Source of the DNA: Planctomycetota bacterium
GTDB taxonomy: Bacteria; Planctomycetota; PLA2; JAEUHO01
NCBI GenBank assembly: GCA_965222115.1
Contig: CBDCTJ010000007.1
Coordinates: 1,984,001-2,048,000, forward strand
Reading direction: 5' to 3'
DNA length: 64,000 nt
Shown: positions 19,761-29,796 of the stretch, piece by piece
Layout of the letters: each line of letters starts with the position of its first letter
How positions within the stretch are numbered: position 1 is the stretch's first letter
Translations under genes and position numbers: made by a program
Notes under the pieces: generated by a model
What the model was told of the DNA's origin: nothing
Seen by the model: the letters and a program-made list of their open reading frames with translations, nothing else
Database searches by the model: none

Positions 19761-20324
19761 ATGCCAACGCTTATCGAACTTTGGATCCCCATACTCGTGT
19801 CGGCCGCTGCCGTCTTTGTGCTGAGTTCCATACTTCACATGTGTGTGCCCATTCACAAGCACGACCAAAAGAAGCTTCCCAACGAAGATGAGGTGCTGGA
19901 CGCCATGCGGAAGCAGGGGGTTGTTGAGGGATCCTATCGCTTTCCCATGATGTTCAACATGAAGGATATGCACAGTCCTGAGATGATGGCCAAGCTCGAT
20001 GCGGGGCCATCGGGCTACATGGTCGTGTTTCCCAAGGGACCGTGGAAGATGGGCAAGAGCCTGCTTCATTGGTTCCTGTATTCGATTCTCATCGGTGTTG
20101 TTGTTGCCTATCTTTGCACCATAGGGCTTCCGAAAGGATCTGCAGACGTATTTCGATTTACCGCAACGGCCGCGTTCTTGGCGTACGGCATTGCCGCCAT
20201 GCATGACTCCATTTGGAAGGGCATCGCATGGGGCGTTACCGCGAAGTTCATCTTTGATGGCTTGCTCTATGCCCTGGCGACTGGGGCCGTGTTTGCGTGG
20301 CTCTATCCACAAGTTGCTGCGTAG
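19761..20324 (+). CDS. Conserved hypothetical multi-pass membrane protein
   Basis: AGGAG RBS, about four hydrophobic segments, HM...H..D...LPNED motif. Confidence 0.8.
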   Translation: MPTLIELWIPILVSAAAVFVLSSILHMCVPIHKHDQKKLPNEDEVLDAMRKQGVVEGSYRFPMMFNMKDMHSPEMMAKLDAGPSGYMVVFPKGPWKMGKSLLHWFLYSILIGVVVAYLCTIGLPKGSADVFRFTATAAFLAYGIAAMHDSIWKGIAWGVTAKFIFDGLLYALATGAVFAWLYPQVAA

Positions 20325-20414
20325 CCACATCACGATCATGACGCGAGAGTGACTTTGCACACGTTGTGCAAGGACAGTGACAGGGCGGTGATTCCTAGCC
20401 TCTACGTTTGACGC

Positions 20415-21062
20415 ATGAGCCGAACCGCTGTCTTCGCTGTTACTCTCTCGCTACTAGCTGGTGGCCTTGCCGCTTGCCAAAGCACTCGTCGATGCTGCTC
20501 GCCGACGCTCTGCGAACCCATCGGAATACCGGTACCTCCAGAGGAACTGAACCGAAAAGCCCAAGCCACCGCGCCTGCCACCTTCGTCGGTCCACGCGCG
20601 AATCAACTTCCAGCCATCGAGTTGTCAGAAGGCCTTCCACCAACGGGCCATCTATTAGCGAATCCTGCAAATCCAAACGCAACAACAATGCCAGTTCTGC
20701 CTCCACCGTCGGTCAGTTCAATCTCATCAAATTCAGGAGAGGCGCTCGCTTCGAATGCTTTCGAGCCCGAGGCGGTTTCGGCTGCCGATACAGTTTCTGC
20801 TGCCGATACCGTTTCTCCTGCCGATACAGGCGACAATGTACGCATGACGTTTGAATACTATGATGTGCGCGACCTAGCGAGCGCCGGAGAAAACCTCGAT
20901 CAGTTTCTCCAAGAGGTTGAGCGTGACGTACGCGCGTCATCGAGTCACCCGAATACCGTTGTGGATCGTAGAAAGAGCATTTTGATTATTCGTGCGTCTA
21001 AGCCCGGTCACGACGCCGTCGCGTCGATACTCAAACGCAAGCGTGAAGCAATCGGTCGGTAG
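20415..21062 (+). CDS. Lipoprotein with a C-terminal secretin-N-like 'YDVRDL' domain
   Basis: Lipobox LAAC, low-complexity linker, then YYDVRDL...LIIRAS..GHDAVASIL. Confidence 0.65.
   Translation: MSRTAVFAVTLSLLAGGLAACQSTRRCCSPTLCEPIGIPVPPEELNRKAQATAPATFVGPRANQLPAIELSEGLPPTGHLLANPANPNATTMPVLPPPSVSSISSNSGEALASNAFEPEAVSAADTVSAADTVSPADTGDNVRMTFEYYDVRDLASAGENLDQFLQEVERDVRASSSHPNTVVDRRKSILIIRASKPGHDAVASILKRKREAIGR
20781..20830 (+). repeat. In-frame 18-bp tandem repeat (about 3 copies, AADTVS)
   Basis: gctgccgatacagtttct gctgccgataccgtttct cctgccgatacagg. Confidence 0.85.
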
Positions 21063-21083
21063 GTCTTCCGATCGCCTCAATGC

Positions 21084-22835
21084 CTAGTCGGTGGCTTTGA
21101 TCAAACGGGTGGTCTTGGCATCGGCCGTCGTTAGTAGCATCGATTCGGCGGCGTCTCTTTTCAATTCAAACGACAACGTAGGGGCGGGTTCGGCGCGTGG
21201 ATTCCAGTTATACGAAGTCCATGAATCGTCCGCGTTGAGTACGAAACGCTTGGACAAGCCCTGGGGCGCGTCTTTCCTTGTCTCGTCGAACTTGAGGTAA
21301 CTCAACTTGCCATCCGTGAGCCCCATCGAAGCGATGCGTACACCTGACTTGAATGCAATTCTTAATTTCACCATCACGCGCTTCGGCCCTTGCACGTGCG
21401 ACGAGAGGGCAGCACAAGAAGCGAACGCTCCACACGCCTTCGTTTGCTTGGCCCAAATCGAATCCGTGAGCGTTCGTGCCCATGAAGTGGGTACCGATGG
21501 ATCGATCATGGCGCCCAACGCCTCATAATCACCTTTCGCTACTGTATCGATGATGCGGCGTGCCTTTGCGGCCGCCGCTTGACTCTTGGGGTCGCCCGCC
21601 TTCTTTGGCTCTATCAACGCTGCGGCGCCCATGCCCTCGCAGAAGAGCATAAGCCCGCCTTCTTGTGCCTCTACGCGAATGGCGTCTTGACTCCCTTCCA
21701 ACGTATACCGGCCATTGATCTTCTTGATGACTGAGTTCTTCGGCATTCGTATGGGCGGTGGCGCGGGCTCATGCACCGGCTGGTCTTCCATCATCGCGCG
21801 TATGTCACCCGACACGCGCCAGGATGGTGCCTCATTGACATTGGAGAGCACTACTACGCAGGCCTCGCGTGACGGCCACAAATCGAGTTGGCAGTGAAAG
21901 CCCTTCACGTCACCGCCATGCGTCACGCGCAAGTCGCCGCGCTTGGTCTTCGCGATGCGCCAGCCCAGTCCATAGCCCTGTTTCACGGGCGTAAACATCT
22001 GCTTCTGCAACGCACTTCCCATGAGCTTGCCGCTGGCCATGGCGTTTGAGAACGCCAAGAGATCCTTGGCCGACGTGACGAGCCCGCCCATGCCTTTGTA
22101 GTTCCACCCGTAGTAGCCATAGGCATGCTCCGCCGCCGTACGAACGACACTCGCACCGTCGTAAGCCGTGGATTGGCGTTTTGCCGAGAGCCTCTCGCCG
22201 GTGAACCCGCTGGACTTCATGCCGGCGGGTTTGAGTACATGCTTGTGCATATACGCTTCGTAACTACCACCCGATACGCGCTCGATGATTCCTGCCAACA
22301 GGGCGTACCCGCCATTCCAGTAGCCGAATGTGGACCCAGGAGATGCCGCCAAGGGTGGTGCCAAGTATGCCTGAACCGCGGCCTCAAGGTCTGTTCCTCG
22401 TCCGCTTGTTGATCGGGGCGAAACGCCTGAGGTATGACTCAGGAGTTGGGCAACGGTGATGGCTTGTTTATCGGGCGGTACGCCGGGTAGGTGATTACCG
22501 ATACGGTCGTCCAAGGAGAGTTTCTTCTGTTCGACCAGCTTAAGAATGCCGCAGGCGGTAAATGACTTGGTGATGGACGCGATTTCAAACAGCGTCGTGC
22601 TGTCGTTCTCGCGCTTCTTGGCACGATCCGCGAATCCGTAGCCGCGCTCAAATACGACGGCGCCCTTATCAGCAATGAGCACGCTGCCCGACCATCCCGA
22701 GTGCGCGCAACGTTTCAAGTGGGCGTCCAACGCTTTGGTATAGTTCGCGGATTTGGCGAAGACGAGCGATGCACCCGAATGAGCAACGAATAGGGTCAGC
22801 CCGACAAGCGCCACGCGCGTGAGATTCCGTATCAT
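21084..22835 (-). CDS. Secreted serine hydrolase, beta-lactamase (AmpC/CubicO) family, with C-terminal extension
   Basis: FEIASITK (SxxK), LLSHTSG, YWN (YxN), HGG; signal peptide. Confidence 0.9.
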   Translation of the reverse strand: MIRNLTRVALVGLTLFVAHSGASLVFAKSANYTKALDAHLKRCAHSGWSGSVLIADKGAVVFERGYGFADRAKKRENDSTTLFEIASITKSFTACGILKLVEQKKLSLDDRIGNHLPGVPPDKQAITVAQLLSHTSGVSPRSTSGRGTDLEAAVQAYLAPPLAASPGSTFGYWNGGYALLAGIIERVSGGSYEAYMHKHVLKPAGMKSSGFTGERLSAKRQSTAYDGASVVRTAAEHAYGYYGWNYKGMGGLVTSAKDLLAFSNAMASGKLMGSALQKQMFTPVKQGYGLGWRIAKTKRGDLRVTHGGDVKGFHCQLDLWPSREACVVVLSNVNEAPSWRVSGDIRAMMEDQPVHEPAPPPIRMPKNSVIKKINGRYTLEGSQDAIRVEAQEGGLMLFCEGMGAAALIEPKKAGDPKSQAAAAKARRIIDTVAKGDYEALGAMIDPSVPTSWARTLTDSIWAKQTKACGAFASCAALSSHVQGPKRVMVKLRIAFKSGVRIASMGLTDGKLSYLKFDETRKDAPQGLSKRFVLNADDSWTSYNWNPRAEPAPTLSFELKRDAAESMLLTTADAKTTRLIKATD

Positions 22836-22918
22836 GACACGACCTCCATCATCCAAATCGTTGCACGGGGACCAGGGGAACGAATCCTGGAAACTCGCGT
22901 ACGTAAGGGAACTGTGCC

Positions 22919-23701
22919 TTGGACGACACCGCCGCCGCCACTGCTTCCAAAGTCGCCAAGATTGTTCATCACGCCGACGCCATTCTGGCCGTGACGGGCG
23001 CAGGCATTTCTGTGGATTCGGGACTACCGACGTATCGTGGAACCGGAGGTATGTATACGGATCGTGATACCGACGACGGCATGCCTATTGAAGAAGCACT
23101 CAGTGGGCAGGTGCTCAAGCGTCGTCCCGATATTTCGTGGAAACATCTTTGGGTTCTGGGTGAGGCCCTGCAGGGCACGTCACCCAATCGCGGTCACGAG
23201 GTGTTGGTTGAGATGGAGCGCGCGATGCCTGCGAGTTGGGTACTCACGCAAAACGTGGACGGCTTTCATGCCGAAGCGGGTTCAAGGAATCTTATCGAGA
23301 TCCACGGTCGACGGGATCGACTCTCTTGCATGAGTTGTGACCGGCCACACCGTTTGAGCGAGCTCGTCGCCTCGGGTCGCGCGGCGCCGCCGCATCCGCC
23401 CACGTGCTTGGCCTGTGACGGGATCCTTCGCCCGGGCGTCGTGCTATTCGGTGAGATGTTGCCCGACGATGAGTACAACAAGTTGATTCAACTTGCCACG
23501 ATCCCGTTTGGCATGGTCATGAGCATTGGCACCTCAAGCCAGTTTCCCTACATTCAAGCACCCATGGTGTGGGCGCGCGATCTCGGCATTCCCACTGTCG
23601 AGATCAACATGGACGACACCCCCGTCACTGAGATCGCCACCTACCGTATGCGTTGCGGCGCTACCGAGGCGCTTGACGCGATCTGGGAGATGGCACAGTA
23701 G
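22919..23701 (+). CDS. cobB: NAD-dependent protein deacylase, Sir2 family
   Basis: TGAGISVDSGLPTYRG, TQNVDGFH, EIHG, two CxxC, LRPGVVLFGE, IGTS, EIN. Confidence 0.93.
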   Translation: MDDTAAATASKVAKIVHHADAILAVTGAGISVDSGLPTYRGTGGMYTDRDTDDGMPIEEALSGQVLKRRPDISWKHLWVLGEALQGTSPNRGHEVLVEMERAMPASWVLTQNVDGFHAEAGSRNLIEIHGRRDRLSCMSCDRPHRLSELVASGRAAPPHPPTCLACDGILRPGVVLFGEMLPDDEYNKLIQLATIPFGMVMSIGTSSQFPYIQAPMVWARDLGIPTVEINMDDTPVTEIATYRMRCGATEALDAIWEMAQ

Positions 23702-23767
23702 TCAATATCTCACGTCACGAGGTTCAGTTCTTTTCCGCATGCCAACTTGTGCGTACCGTGCGCGTTC

Positions 23768-24562
23768 ATGTCATGGCGCACATTCCCCACCCGCTTTTCG
23801 AACGCAACGCGCGGACTGCTTTATCGCGCCTATGAGCGCCGTCTGGTTCGGGAAGTTCGACGCTCTCCGGTTCCCGGCCACGTTGGATTCATCATGGACG
23901 GCAATCGCCGCCACGCGCGCGCCCTCAAGCGTCTTCCGTGGGAGGGGCATAAACTCGGATCCCAAACCGTCGAGGCACTCGTTGATTGGGGTCGCGAGAT
24001 CGGCATTCGCACGATGACGCTCTACGCGTTTTCAACCGAGAACTTTGACAGAAGCGACGCGGAAGTCGATGCGTTGATGCGCCTCTTTGCCGAGAAGCTC
24101 ACCGACATGGCTTCGGATGATCGCATCTTGGGCAATCGCGTCCATGTGCGCGTGCTTGGACGCACCGAAATGCTCCCCGCCGATGTCATTGCTGCCAAAG
24201 AGCTCGTCGAAACCACCACGCAGGACTTTGAGAACTACCGTCTCAACTTCTGCATTGCCTACGGCGGACGGCAAGAGATCATCGACGCCTTCAAATCGCT
24301 CATCATCAAAATCGAGCGTGGGGAGTTGGACGCCGAAGACATTAACGAGCGCATCTTGGGCGAACATCTCTACACCGGAGGCGATGACCCCGACTTGATC
24401 ATTCGCACCGGCGGTGAGGCCCGACTCAGCAACTTTTTGCTCTATCAAGCTGCCTATTCCGAGCTCTTCTTTACCGACGTTCACTTTCCGTCGTTTCGCA
24501 AGGTCGACCTCCTGCGCGTTATTCGTGCCTACCAACAACGCCAACGCCGTTTCGGCCGCTAA
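23768..24562 (+). CDS. uppS: cis-prenyltransferase (polyprenyl diphosphate synthase)
   Basis: HVGFIMDGNRR, LYAFSTENF.R, AYGGRQEI, DPDLIIRTGGEARLSNFL, C-terminal RRFGR. Confidence 0.93.
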   Translation: MSWRTFPTRFSNATRGLLYRAYERRLVREVRRSPVPGHVGFIMDGNRRHARALKRLPWEGHKLGSQTVEALVDWGREIGIRTMTLYAFSTENFDRSDAEVDALMRLFAEKLTDMASDDRILGNRVHVRVLGRTEMLPADVIAAKELVETTTQDFENYRLNFCIAYGGRQEIIDAFKSLIIKIERGELDAEDINERILGEHLYTGGDDPDLIIRTGGEARLSNFLLYQAAYSELFFTDVHFPSFRKVDLLRVIRAYQQRQRRFGR

Positions 24563-24648
24563 GCTGTGCCCTCTTCCTTTCCCATATCCTTCTCCTAATC
24601 TGAATCTCTTGCCTCACCCCATCCCTTCTTCCTCGTATGGAGGCGTTC

Positions 24649-25953
24649 ATGTCGAAATGCCAACTGCCCCTTTTTGTCGCCATTGGTTTGCTGCTCATCT
24701 TCACGCCGTCCGCATTCGCCAAAGAACCAGCTGACGCACTCGACCAACCCAAACTCACCACCCCCAAACTAAACACCAAGAACTGGCGAGCAACACTCGA
24801 AGCCGTCATCCCCACCAAAAAGGAACTCGCCTGGCTCGACATTGGTTGGAAGCCCACGTTGTGGGATGCGGTCATCGAGGCACACAAGCAGAAGAAGCCG
24901 ATACTCCTGTGGGCGATGAATGGCCATGCCCTGGCATGCACCTGAAACAACGGCGTGATTGGCCGGCAAGTTTGTTGGTCGGATCCCGCGCTGGCGAAGT
25001 TGGCAGAAAAGTTTGTGGCTGCGAGCGATGAAGTGTGGCGCCTCCAGAATCGCAAAGACGTGGACTGCAAGTTCTTTCAGGGCTTCTGTGAGGAGGGACA
25101 CTACGGCGGTCGCACGAGACCAACGGGTACTCGCCAGGGCATCTACTGCTGCACGCCCTCCGGTCGATTCCTGGCATCGGTGAATACAACCGACCCCAAG
25201 CGCATGGCCCGCATGTTGAGCGAGGCGCTTGCCGCGTGGGCGAAGACACCCGAAGGTGACCGCTACCTGAACTACGACCCCGCCACCAAGGCGTCGTCAA
25301 TTGGTCGTGCCGAACAGAACGTACCCAAGGATGGTCTCCTACTGCGTGTGTATTCGCGCGACGTGCCGGCCCGCAAGGCCTCACGCGCGTGGCTTGAACT
25401 TGCCTGGAATGTGGATTCGCTTTGGTACCGGCGAGATGAGATTCGCGAGCTACTACCGAAGAAAATCGTCGTCGGAGCCAAGCAGATTTGGCCCGAAGCG
25501 TTGGCACAGCGGTTGATTCGCACGGGGCTGGTGGACAATGTGCGCGGGCAGACCCTTGCCTACGACGCCAACCACGTTCGGGATGCACAGATCAAATCCG
25601 AGATCACAGCAATCAACGAAGGCGTGGCCACCGTTCGCATATCGGGATCGACCCGAGCTTCTACGACCGAAGCCTGGCCCATTGGCGGGGAAGTCGCGAG
25701 TCTCAAGGGCGCGCGGGAGTTTGACCGCGGTGTGCGCACGACGTTGCTCGGTGAAGCACAGGTTCAATTGGACAAGCGTACGATCACCTCATTGGCGATC
25801 GCAGTCGCGGGAACCCGCTGGGGACGCACACGCTACAACTTTCGCGGTGGTGATGTCGATGAGGCGCCCATCGCCTTCGCAGTGCGTTTGGAACCCGATT
25901 CACCAATCGCGCGCGTTGCCCCCGCACACGTCTGGTCCTACGGCTGGGAGTAA
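24649..25953 (+). CDS. Predicted exported thioredoxin-fold selenoprotein (CxU; Sec codon 24943-24945), SelN-like
   Basis: Track ORFs 24637-24945 and 24955-25953 are in the same frame and join through TGA: KKPILLWAMNGHALACT-U-NNGVIGRQVCWSDP. GGAGG RBS, signal peptide and downstream hairpin. Confidence 0.8.
24957..24985 (+). promoter_or_regulatory. Candidate bacterial SECIS element
   Basis: Stem ggccggca (24961-68) / tgttggtc (24973-80) with G-U pairs; loop AGUU begins 23 nt after the UGA. Confidence 0.6.
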
Positions 25954-26048
25954 CGCGAACACGTTCGACTACTTGCTGCTTTGGATTCTCGACTCCGTGA
26001 GTACCTTGCACCTGCCGTCTTAGGCAGGGCGGTCAAATCGGAGCGGAG

Positions 26049-27110
26049 TTGATCAAGTACATCGGCTCAAAGCGGCGGCTGGTCCCCGTGCTACAGGCGA
26101 TCTGCAAAGGGGTCGGCGCGAGAACCGCGCTCGATCTCTTTACAGGCACAACGCGCGTCGCCCAGGCATTTAAGCGTGCGGGCGCCCATGTGACGGCCGT
26201 CGATGTCGCCACCTACTCCGAGATTCTCGCCAAGTGTTACGTGGCGCTCGATGCCGATTCGATCGATCGGGAGGAGCTCCAACAAGCGTTGGATGAACTC
26301 GCCGCGCTTCCCGCACGACCTGGCTACTTCACCGAGACGTTTTGTGAACGCTCGCGTTTCTTTCAGCCCGAAAATGGTGCCCGCGTGGACGCGATTCGTG
26401 AGCGCATCGAACGGGACTATGTCGATTCGAGGCTCTACCCGGTCCTGCTAACCAGTTTGATGGAGGCGGCCGATCGCGTGGACTCCACCACCGGTGTTCA
26501 GATGGCCTACGTGAAACGTTGGTCCAAACGATCGTTTCAGCCGCTCGAACTTCGTATGCCCGCACTGATTTCGGGTACTGGCGCCGCAGTTCGTATGGAT
26601 GCGCGCGCCTATCTTGACCAGTCTTCGATCGTGGATGTTGCCTATCTGGATCCGCCCTACAACCAGCACCGCTACTACACCAACTATCACATTTGGGAAA
26701 CGTTGGTGCGTTGGGACGCTCCCGAGCACTACGGGGTGGCCTGCAAGCGCATGGACTGTCGTGACGACGACACCAAGAGCGTTTTCAACAAGAAGCGCGA
26801 AATGCCCCTCGCGTTGGAAGACGCCGTCGCCGCTGTACGCGCAAAGCTCGTTGTGCTTTCCTATAACGACGAATCGTGGATCACGCGTGCACGCCTAGAA
26901 CAAGCGATGGCCGTGCATGGTCACGTAGAAACGCTTGAGTTTGATTCCAAACGCTATGTGGGCGCACAGATTGGCATTTACAATCCCGATGGGAAGCGCG
27001 TTGGTCAAATCTCTCATCTGCGTAATACCGAGTACGTGATTCTCGCCGGTGAAGCCGAGGTCGTGGCAGCCGCACGAAATGCGGTTCAGGCTCATCAAGA
27101 TCAGAGCTAA
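26049..27110 (+). CDS. DNA N6-adenine methyltransferase (D12 class), orphan
   Basis: IKYIGSKRRL, DLFTGT (motif I), YLDPPYN (motif IV), LSYNDE. Confidence 0.9.
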   Translation: MIKYIGSKRRLVPVLQAICKGVGARTALDLFTGTTRVAQAFKRAGAHVTAVDVATYSEILAKCYVALDADSIDREELQQALDELAALPARPGYFTETFCERSRFFQPENGARVDAIRERIERDYVDSRLYPVLLTSLMEAADRVDSTTGVQMAYVKRWSKRSFQPLELRMPALISGTGAAVRMDARAYLDQSSIVDVAYLDPPYNQHRYYTNYHIWETLVRWDAPEHYGVACKRMDCRDDDTKSVFNKKREMPLALEDAVAAVRAKLVVLSYNDESWITRARLEQAMAVHGHVETLEFDSKRYVGAQIGIYNPDGKRVGQISHLRNTEYVILAGEAEVVAAARNAVQAHQDQS

Positions 27111-28561
27111 GCGGGTCCTTTGGGCCACGGACCGCGTATGGCAAGCGTCAGTCCTGCCTGGTGAAGATTGAGAAAGAGCGTCGCGCCATCCGGCGAAAAA
27201 CACGCGCCGGAAAACTCGCTTGTATCCAGTCGATTCACCGCAAAGCGATAGGACTCGCCCCTTGGTGTGAGGCCCCAAATCGCGTTGGTGCGTGCCGTGC
27301 CCACGCGCGATCGCGAGCGATCTTCACAAATCAGTAGGTCGCCCCACGGTGCAACGGTGATGTTGTCACACATGGCGGGCGCGTCCACACTGCGGCATTC
27401 GTAGATTAGCCGAAGCAGTCCGGGACGTTTGGATTCAGTCTCGGTGCCCTCATAGGGACTGGGTTCGTAGCGCCATACTTGCCCAAGTCCACGAGTGCCG
27501 CCTTCGGTGCATGCGAAGTAGATGCCGTCGGTACCGATCCAAACGCCCTCTCCGCGTACAAACGGAAACGCGCCTGCTGCGCGTCCTCGCAGGCGAAGAT
27601 CGTTCTTTGGCGCTGTCACATCGCGAAGCGGAATCCAGCGGGTGGGGGCAGCAATGCCCCGCAGCATGGCTCGACGTCGTGTATCGGTGGGGGCGAGCGC
27701 AAGCGCACATAGCTCTCCGCCCCGACGCAGTGCACCTGGGTGGCTAGGCACATAGCGATAGAACAGTCCATCCCGCATGTCTTCGGTCATGAATACGCAT
27801 CCGGATGGTCGATGGACGCCAGCGGCTTCGTGACGAAAGCGACCCATATGCGTAATCGGACTAGCGACTTGAATCCCGGTGTTGGTTGTAGCCTCGACTT
27901 CGAAGACAAATCCGTGCCTCAGTTCATCGTCTGTCGCGTGTGGATCCGTATCTTCTTCACACGTTAGCCATGTTCCCCATGGCGTCACGCCGCCTGCGCA
28001 GTTGCGCGACATACCGCCCATGGCGAGCACTTGGCGTTCGACGTCCAGTGAACGCGGATCCAATACAACTCGCGTGACGCAGCCCTTGGGAATTGAGCCT
28101 CGTGACTCATTGTGGCGTGGTGATCCGTAGGCGCAGCGTGCGTACGATGCCGTCAAGAGATCATTGTCGGGACCCCATGGACCCAGCGAAGGATCGTCGG
28201 AACGAAGCTCGTGGTTGCGCATCAACACAATGTGCCCACGATCGTCCTCGAAGGCGCCCATACCATCGGGTCGCGCGGGTACTAGCAGTCCATCGTTCAT
28301 GACCTCGCCCGTGACCGAGACGACGCGGTACGTAAATTCGCGTGGGAGATCCAAGATCGATTTGGGATCTCGCAGTGGATGGCCGAGTGCGCGTGCGTTG
28401 TGTTCGCTGACACCTACGACGCGCGCGAGGGCACTCAGTCCTCCAAATGCGAGCGACGTGGCCATGGCACGCCGAATCACGCTACGGCGTGTCACAGCAC
28501 AGATTGTGGGTTGTGGTTCTCCGCCCACGACCGTTGAACTACGGACCAAAGGACTAGTCAT
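27107..28561 (-). CDS. PhoX / DUF839 family Tat-exported alkaline phosphatase
   Basis: TRR signal, PDGMGAF, RNHE, NCAGGVTPWGTWLTCEE, MGRFRHEA, GEG, DNITVAPWG...CED, GACFSPDG.TLFLN.Q. Confidence 0.9.
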   Translation of the reverse strand: MTSPLVRSSTVVGGEPQPTICAVTRRSVIRRAMATSLAFGGLSALARVVGVSEHNARALGHPLRDPKSILDLPREFTYRVVSVTGEVMNDGLLVPARPDGMGAFEDDRGHIVLMRNHELRSDDPSLGPWGPDNDLLTASYARCAYGSPRHNESRGSIPKGCVTRVVLDPRSLDVERQVLAMGGMSRNCAGGVTPWGTWLTCEEDTDPHATDDELRHGFVFEVEATTNTGIQVASPITHMGRFRHEAAGVHRPSGCVFMTEDMRDGLFYRYVPSHPGALRRGGELCALALAPTDTRRRAMLRGIAAPTRWIPLRDVTAPKNDLRLRGRAAGAFPFVRGEGVWIGTDGIYFACTEGGTRGLGQVWRYEPSPYEGTETESKRPGLLRLIYECRSVDAPAMCDNITVAPWGDLLICEDRSRSRVGTARTNAIWGLTPRGESYRFAVNRLDTSEFSGACFSPDGATLFLNLHQAGLTLAIRGPWPKGPA

Positions 28562-28754
28562 GTACTCACCTCAGGACACGAAATGTCTCCATCTGAGTAC
28601 ATGACGCACAACTCCTTCGTCGGCCACACCCCCGGGCAGTTTTTTTTGGAAATCGACAGGGCAATTCGATTTCACGTCTCCGTCTACCGAGCGGCTCAAG
28701 TGCGAAGCGACGTCCGGCATGTCGCTGTGCCTTGGCCAAGCAAAGGAGACTCTG

Positions 28755-29654
28755 ATGAATCGTCTACATCACCTTGCCCTTGCCTCGCTCGTTGTCGTGA
28801 GTGCGTTTGCGACCGGCTGTGGAGCCGGAGGCGGCATGGAAGAACCGACAGCTCCCAATGTCGCGCCGGGCACGCCCTCCGACGTGGACTTTCTGCATGT
28901 TGCCAATGGTGGAAACATCATTGGCCACGCAACGGAAATTCAGCACGCCTTACTGAACGGAAATCCAAACGCGATACTCTTGATTACGCAAGTGTGGAAT
29001 CCACCGGGGCTCGCTGGCACCTACAACAATCACGCCATTGGCGTGTGGTACCATCCCATCGCCCAGCGCTGGCGAATCTACAACGAGGACATTGCGGCCA
29101 TGCCTACGGGTGCGTCGTTCAACGTTCGGATTGTGAATACTGACCCTGATGCGTTTCACTGGATTGCGAACCCTGGAAACACCATTGGCAATCGGACGAT
29201 CATTTCGGACCCTGCATACGACGGCGATGCATCACTCATCATGCTGGCCACACACAATTACAATCCACCCGGCGGTGGCGCGGTTTACAACGACCACGCC
29301 ATGGGCATCTACTTCAACGGCGTAGGCCAGTGGTCCATTTTTAATCAAGACTTGGCCGCCATGCCGAACAATGCCGGGTTTAACGTTCTTATGCGCCAGC
29401 CGAGCGGCACCCAGTACGTCCATGAAGCAACTGCTGGCAACATCACCGGCAACTATACGCTCATCAGTCATCCAGATCTTGATGGGCGATGGGGCGCCGT
29501 GTTTCAAGTCACGCAAAATTGGAGGCCCAATGATGTGTATAACGACAAGGTGATCGGCGTGTTCTATCATGAAATCGAACAGCGATGGGCCATCTTCAAC
29601 CAAGACGTAACGAACATGCCTGTGGGTGCGGCGTTCAATATCAGTATTGATTGA
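28755..29654 (+). CDS. Lipoprotein with three tandem ~85-aa repeats (DUF7452-like)
   Basis: AGGAG RBS, lipobox ATGC, three copies of H.A...N..G..T.I.....G......T..(W/Y)....YN...IG.(W/Y/F)......W.I(Y/F)N.D...MP..A.FN. Confidence 0.8.
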   Translation: MNRLHHLALASLVVVSAFATGCGAGGGMEEPTAPNVAPGTPSDVDFLHVANGGNIIGHATEIQHALLNGNPNAILLITQVWNPPGLAGTYNNHAIGVWYHPIAQRWRIYNEDIAAMPTGASFNVRIVNTDPDAFHWIANPGNTIGNRTIISDPAYDGDASLIMLATHNYNPPGGGAVYNDHAMGIYFNGVGQWSIFNQDLAAMPNNAGFNVLMRQPSGTQYVHEATAGNITGNYTLISHPDLDGRWGAVFQVTQNWRPNDVYNDKVIGVFYHEIEQRWAIFNQDVTNMPVGAAFNISID

Positions 29655-29796
29655 CCCCATCTAGGCACACGTTCATTCGACCTACATGCGGAGCGCAGCG
29701 ATCATGTTGCGCTCCGCACTTCTCGTTTTGGGCGCACTCGTTGGCTCCGCACTCTATGATGTGCGACACAATTTCGTTCGTTATGGCCAAGCGGAG

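Noticed and set aside
4693-27110. GmrSD-like gene and adenine MTase as one R-M system
   Set aside because: They are about 20 kb apart, and type IV enzymes have no cognate MTase.
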